Shown here: positions 27,712 through 32,000 of the stretch, piece by piece | Position numbering within the stretch: the stretch's first letter is position 1 | Layout of the letters: the number at the start of each line of letters is the position of its first letter | DNA from: Caedibacter taeniospiralis | GTDB lineage: Bacteria; Pseudomonadota; Gammaproteobacteria; Francisellales; Francisellaceae | Length of the DNA stretch: 32,000 nt | Reading direction: 5' to 3' | NCBI RefSeq assembly: GCF_002803295.2 | Contig: NZ_PGGB02000008.1 | Location: forward strand, 30,001-62,000 | Position numbers and translations under genes: made by a program | Notes under the pieces: model-generated | Databases searched by the model: none | The model's input: only the letters and a program-made list of their open reading frames with translations | What the model was told of the DNA's origin: nothing

Positions 27712-28377
27712 TCAACCACAGCTTTGACCAAACTCAAGCTCAGCACGACGATCCAGATAATAGGCGTGTTGCTCAGCTTTTGCCTTACATACATTATTTT
27801 CAACACCATTACACATCTGTGCATAAAACTGTGAAGGAGCCGCCACTGGCTGAGATTTACCATAACTTACTGTACATATCTGGTTTACATTAACCCCTTG
27901 CTGCAATAGATATTGTCGTACACCATCAGCACGACGTTGCCCAAGGTTTAAGTTATATTTTTCACTTCCACGCGGATCGGTGTGTCCAGCCAGGCGAAGC
28001 GGCTGCTTATATTTTACTAAATAAGTTGCCACTTGATTGAGGCAATTTTTAGCATCATCGGCTAATGCCGTGCTGTTAAACTCAAAGTAAACCGTTTTGC
28101 ATGCCGACATGCCCTGCAGGGTCGCCATCATTGCTTGTTGCTCTTGCGCTGAGTATTGATCAATATTGGCAATCTGACTTTGCAGTTCTGCAATACTCTG
28201 GCTGTCTAACGCCCCAGTCTCAACCAAACCATTCGTCTTGGCACCTAATCCCGTACCACCTTCAGGTCCAATTCCCTCGATGGGAGATTGAGGCTGCGAA
28301 GCACATCCTGCCATAAGCACAATAGATAAAAGACTGGTTGCCGTTAATAATTTTTTCTTTGTTTGCTTGTTGGTCAT
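27712..28377 (-). CDS. pal: Peptidoglycan-associated lipoprotein Pal, cysteine-containing variant
   Basis: Lipobox LMAGC, VYFEFNSTALADDAKNCLNQVATYL, LAGHTDPRGSEKYNLNLGQRRADGVRQYL, VSYGKSQPVA, RRAELEF. Confidence 0.93.
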   Translation of the reverse strand: MTNKQTKKKLLTATSLLSIVLMAGCASQPQSPIEGIGPEGGTGLGAKTNGLVETGALDSQSIAELQSQIANIDQYSAQEQQAMMATLQGMSACKTVYFEFNSTALADDAKNCLNQVATYLVKYKQPLRLAGHTDPRGSEKYNLNLGQRRADGVRQYLLQQGVNVNQICTVSYGKSQPVAAPSQFYAQMCNGVENNVCKAKAEQHAYYLDRRAELEFGQSCG

Positions 28378-28446
28378 AGTGATTCCTTATTTATCTCTAA
28401 ATTAATTTTGGTGCTTTTCTTATTGTCTTATCGTTTCAGCCTTGGG

Positions 28447-29763
28447 TCACACCGCAGGTGACCATGCAGGAGACTGGATTGCGCCTTGGGTATTAGATGG
28501 TAAGCTAATTTGAACCTTGCCGTCAATGGACACCATTGCAAGATTTGCTCCCCCTGATTCCTGACCTTTGGCATAAATAATCATATTGCCATCAGGAGAC
28601 ACGCTTGGAGAGGCATCCATTACCCCATTTGTCAGCACGGTAATCTTCTTGCTGTTTAAATCAACCTTGGCAATCTGAGTCCCTGAGTTTTGTTGATACA
28701 TGAAGACAATGCTCTGCCCATTAGGGGTATATTGTGGGTCAAATGCCTGTTTAGCGCCATAAGTGAGGCGCTCTGAGGATGGATATTTGCTGCTAAGATC
28801 GGTGGTGTAAATTTGCGGGTTCCCACCACGATCAGAAACAAAGGCAAGCTCTTTTCCTGAAGGTGAAAAGGCAGGGGCGGTATTAATCCCGTTGAGCGTG
28901 AGCTTCTTATAGAGCTTATCGTTAGCCAGATTCATCAAGTAGATATTGCTGTTTTCCGAGTAACCCTGTGATAACGCCATGGCCAAAGTATTTCCATCTG
29001 GGGAGAAGGCGGGTGAGCTGTTAATGCCCTTATAGCTGGCAATTTTTTTTCTGACACCCGTATACACTTCAATGGTGTAAATTGCCATATTCCCCTTGCT
29101 GTAGCTGACATATGCCAGATATTTCCCATCTTTTGACCAGGCTGGAGACATGATCGGGTCTTTTGTTTGACGCAATAACACATGGGGGTTAAAGCCATCA
29201 TAATCAGCAACGATCAGCTGATAAACTGCTTTTTTAACATTATAGGGATTTTCAACATCAACATATGCAAGCTTAGAGGTAAAGTAACCCTTACTGCCTG
29301 TAATCGCTTCGTATAAAAAGTTACTAATTGTATGTGCCAACAGACGCAGCTGATCTTTTTGCACATTCGTAAACTTACGTGCATTTAATACATTGCCACT
29401 AAGTTTACTCACCAGCTCATAGGTGACATCATAGCGTCCATTACGCTCGTCTATGCTGCCAATGAGGATGTAATCCGACTGCCATTTCGACCAGATAATA
29501 TCCTTGCTACTTTCCACAGACTGTGGGAAACGAGTTGTTTGTGATGCAATCCGCCCAGAATTACGCAAGTCATCGGCGATGATCGCGGCAATTCCATCTG
29601 GAATTTGCGCATCGCTCACTCTTGCGCCCTTAAATGGCATGACAGCCACAGGAATTTGCTGTGATACGCCCTGAGTAATGTTAATGGTTAATCGTGCCTG
29701 TGCGGATAGTACCGCGATAAATAGCGCAAAAATAATGAGACACAACTGTTTTAATCTATACAT
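28447..29763 (-). CDS. tolB: Tol-Pal system beta-propeller protein TolB
   Basis: Signal peptide, IPVAVMPFKG, IAADDLRNSGRI, repeated propeller motifs (SPAWSPAV, SPSVSPDGNMIIY, PQYTPNGQSIVFMY, PAFSPSGKELAFVSDRGGNPQIY). Confidence 0.95.
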   Translation of the reverse strand: MYRLKQLCLIIFALFIAVLSAQARLTINITQGVSQQIPVAVMPFKGARVSDAQIPDGIAAIIADDLRNSGRIASQTTRFPQSVESSKDIIWSKWQSDYILIGSIDERNGRYDVTYELVSKLSGNVLNARKFTNVQKDQLRLLAHTISNFLYEAITGSKGYFTSKLAYVDVENPYNVKKAVYQLIVADYDGFNPHVLLRQTKDPIMSPAWSKDGKYLAYVSYSKGNMAIYTIEVYTGVRKKIASYKGINSSPAFSPDGNTLAMALSQGYSENSNIYLMNLANDKLYKKLTLNGINTAPAFSPSGKELAFVSDRGGNPQIYTTDLSSKYPSSERLTYGAKQAFDPQYTPNGQSIVFMYQQNSGTQIAKVDLNSKKITVLTNGVMDASPSVSPDGNMIIYAKGQESGGANLAMVSIDGKVQISLPSNTQGAIQSPAWSPAV

Positions 29764-29766
29764 ACT

Positions 29767-30867
29767 TTATCCTTCTTGACCAAATCTAAAATCTATACCT
29801 TCCGCAATCAGTTTTCTTGCGCCATCATCTGTGGGCATGACGGGCGCCTGCACATTCTTAAATGCCAATAAAAGCGCGCGATCACACTGCGTGCTGCCGC
29901 TTGAGACTGAAATACGAGGAGCATGTCCTGCCATCACCATCACCGTTGGTAGCTTCTGCGCACTTATCTTACGACAATCATCCATTATCCACACAGCTTC
30001 AATTCGCGCTTTATAGGCGCTTGCATAAGCCTGTAATGCCTGATCTGTCGCGCTTTGTGCGCTAGCCCTTGCACTCTGGGCATTCAAGTCACTTAATGCA
30101 GACTGCCTAAGCGCATTTAACGCCGCCTCACGCGCGGCTTTTGCTGCCGCCTCTTGGGCTTTTTGCTGCACCAGTTTTTCAGCTGCTAACTGTGCTTCTT
30201 TGTTCTTTTTTTCTGCTGCAAGCGCTTTTTGTTTGGCAAGTTCTTGTTGTTCTTTTCTAAGCTTTTCCGCTTGTTTCTGCTTCTGTATTTCTTGCTTTTT
30301 AGCCAGGGCGTTTTGCTTTTCTTCTTGCGCTTTTTTGGCTTCTTGCTCTGCCTTACGCTTTTCTTCTTGCGCTTTTTTGACCTCTTGCTCTGCCTTACGC
30401 TTTTCTTCCGCCAGCATTGCTACTTTTGCTTCTTCTGCCTGCTTTAATGCTGCCTGACGTTGTAGTTCTGCCTCATGCGCGCGAGCTGTTTTCTCTTCTA
30501 TCTCTTTCATCTTTGCTTGATGCTGCTCCTGAGCCAGTTTTTGCTCATAGACCTGCTTTTGCGCTAACTGATAGGCATTTACCTCTTCTTCAAGATACTG
30601 AGTTGAAATCGCCGTGGCCTGAACAATTTCAGTGGTATCTACTGTCTTAATCGTTCTCTGACCTGCTAAGTTCAATGTGTTTTTTTTACCTTGCAACACA
30701 CTCGCTAAAATAACTAATCCAATGACAAAAACAACGTGCAGCATAATGGAATAACAAAAGCTTAAACGTTCAGGGGTAGCAGTTGCCGCAACATATAGTC
30801 TTTTTAAGCGATTATACACGTTAGCACCCAAAACTTGCCTTGAGTTTTGACTACGATTTTGAGTCAT
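29767..30867 (-). CDS. tolA: Tol-Pal system protein TolA
   Basis: N-terminal TM, long Lys/Glu/Ala coiled coil (EEKRKAEQEVKKAQEEKRKAEQEAKKAQEEKQ), C-terminal domain YASAYKARIEAVW; between tolR and tolB. Confidence 0.9.
   Translation of the reverse strand: MTQNRSQNSRQVLGANVYNRLKRLYVAATATPERLSFCYSIMLHVVFVIGLVILASVLQGKKNTLNLAGQRTIKTVDTTEIVQATAISTQYLEEEVNAYQLAQKQVYEQKLAQEQHQAKMKEIEEKTARAHEAELQRQAALKQAEEAKVAMLAEEKRKAEQEVKKAQEEKRKAEQEAKKAQEEKQNALAKKQEIQKQKQAEKLRKEQQELAKQKALAAEKKNKEAQLAAEKLVQQKAQEAAAKAAREAALNALRQSALSDLNAQSARASAQSATDQALQAYASAYKARIEAVWIMDDCRKISAQKLPTVMVMAGHAPRISVSSGSTQCDRALLLAFKNVQAPVMPTDDGARKLIAEGIDFRFGQEG
30317..30400 (-). repeat. Tandem 42-bp repeat (two units) inside tolA
   Basis: CTTTTCTTCTTGCGCTTTTTTGGCTTCTTGCTCTGCCTTACG / CTTTTCTTCTTGCGCTTTTTTGACCTCTTGCTCTGCCTTACG, two differences, followed by a partial unit. 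Confidence 0.8.
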
Positions 30868-31282
30868 CAGTTACCAATCCCACACTAGCGACACCAGCCT
30901 TTTGTAAAAGCACCATGGCTTCAACTACCTGACCATAGCTTGCCTGTTTATCACCACGAACATATACCTGCTTGTCTTTATCCCGCGTTAATGTGTCCAC
31001 AACTAACTGGCTCAACTGGTTCGCTGTTAATGGGGCAGTTTCATCATTTCGGTTAATAAAATATTGACCTTGCTGATTCACCGTTACAATCAAGGGTTTT
31101 TGTTCTGACGGTGGAATTTTCTTAGCCTGTGCCTGTGGTAAATCGACTTTCACACCTTGCGTCAACATCGGTGCGGTGATCATGAAAATAATCAACAGCA
31201 CCAGCATCACATCGATGTAAGGTACCACGTTAATTTCAACCATCGCTTTGTGTTTTGTGCGGCGAGATGCTCTGCGGTGCAT
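30851..31282 (-). CDS. tolR: Tol-Pal system protein TolR (ExbD-like)
   Basis: MVEINVVPYIDVMLVLLIIFMITAPMLTQGVKVDLPQA, VYVRGDKQASYGQVVEAMVLLQKAG. Confidence 0.95.
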   Translation of the reverse strand: MHRRASRRTKHKAMVEINVVPYIDVMLVLLIIFMITAPMLTQGVKVDLPQAQAKKIPPSEQKPLIVTVNQQGQYFINRNDETAPLTANQLSQLVVDTLTRDKDKQVYVRGDKQASYGQVVEAMVLLQKAGVASVGLVTDDSKS

Positions 31283-31977
31283 TATGCTTCCTCACTCAGA
31301 TTTTGCTTATACGCCTCTCGATATAACAAAGTACAAAGCTCATCCTGAAAGTTTTCATAATCTAATAAAACTGCATCGACGGAGCGTGAATAACGGTTAT
31401 AACCAACCACCGCAGGAATAGCGACAAACAAACCAAGTGCTGTTGCAATCAATGCTTCGGCAATATGGGGTGCCACCATGGATAAAGTCGCCTGTTCAAC
31501 TCCACCCAATGCAGTAAAAGATGCCATAATTCCCCAAACCGTTCCTAGTAAACCCACGTAAGGCGCAATAGAGCCAATGGTGCCTAAAAGCGAGATTTGA
31601 TGTTCAAGCTTTTCACTCTCCTGCATCATTGCCACACGCATTGAACGCTCAACCCCTTCAAGCACAACATCTCCATGTAAAGTTGCCTGAGCGCGCAAAC
31701 GCATAAACTCACGAAAACCACAGCTAAACAAATAGGATAGCCCACGCTTTTTATGCTTATTTTGCTGTAGCTCCTGATAAAGCTTATGAATATTCCCACT
31801 CGACCAGAAGTGTTTTGCAAAAGCCTTGGATTCGATTTTTGCTGACTTAATCACCTGATAACGTTGAATCATAATTGCCCATGACCAAATGGAACCCAGG
31901 ATTAAAATTAAGATAATTAATTGCACCACAATATCTGCATTTAATATCAGCTGCCAAAACGATAAATTATTGGTCAC
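31282..31977 (-). CDS. tolQ: Tol-Pal system protein TolQ (MotA/TolQ/ExbB)
   Basis: LLGTIGSIAPYVGLLGTVWGIMASFTALG, ISEALIATALGLFVAIPAVVGYNRY-type region (IAEALIATALGLFVAIPAVVGYNRY). Its stop overlaps the tolR start. Confidence 0.95.
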   Translation of the reverse strand: MTNNLSFWQLILNADIVVQLIILILILGSIWSWAIMIQRYQVIKSAKIESKAFAKHFWSSGNIHKLYQELQQNKHKKRGLSYLFSCGFREFMRLRAQATLHGDVVLEGVERSMRVAMMQESEKLEHQISLLGTIGSIAPYVGLLGTVWGIMASFTALGGVEQATLSMVAPHIAEALIATALGLFVAIPAVVGYNRYSRSVDAVLLDYENFQDELCTLLYREAYKQNLSEEA

Positions 31978-32000
31978 ATCCGTCCCTTAGTCACTAAATA

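Noticed and set aside
27708-27863. About 150-bp overlap between the track cpoB ORF and pal
   Set aside because: The signal peptide (VNTKIKRVIIAAIFLPSASFA) begins after the overlap and GTG codons at 27698-27707 give a start just after the pal stop.
30317-30400. Tandem repeats considered as a CRISPR-like or mobile array
   Set aside because: They encode the Lys/Glu/Ala coiled coil of TolA; internal duplication in this region is common and there are no spacers.

Overview
This 32 kb chromosomal window looks gammaproteobacterial, possibly Legionellales-like (inferred from gene content and order only). Left to right it carries: the 5' part of a Cu+/heavy-metal P-type ATPase (-), tRNA-Thr(TGT) and tRNA-Asp(GTC) (+), rlmH and yaaA (-), a Tim44-domain protein (+), a small YgfX-like membrane protein (+), an arginine cluster (+: GNAT-ArgG fusion, argC, argF', argB, argE, argH), rimI, holD and a DUF4404-like protein (-), a glutaminase with eukaryote-type signatures (-), crcB (-) preceded by a fluoride riboswitch, a HIT protein (-), ubiB-ubiJ-ubiE (-), tRNA-Met (-), a ProQ/FinO-domain protein (+), a ydiJ-type FAD/FeS oxidoreductase split by one frameshift (+), tRNA-Arg(CCG) (+), sppA (-), aspS (-), and the tol-pal cluster (-: cpoB, pal, tolB, tolA, tolR, tolQ). 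The most notable signals are: (1) a Bacteroidota-like arginine cluster whose transcarbamylase carries the residue expected for N-succinylornithine, with an acyltransferase fused to ArgG and a strong internal Shine-Dalgarno at the junction; (2) a fluoride riboswitch with an apparent overlapping terminator; (3) a eukaryote-like glutaminase; (4) two families of palindromic dispersed repeats, one of which supplies the C-terminus of the ArgG fusion; (5) a clean single-frameshift ydiJ. I found no CRISPR array, prophage, transposase or convincing new defence system.
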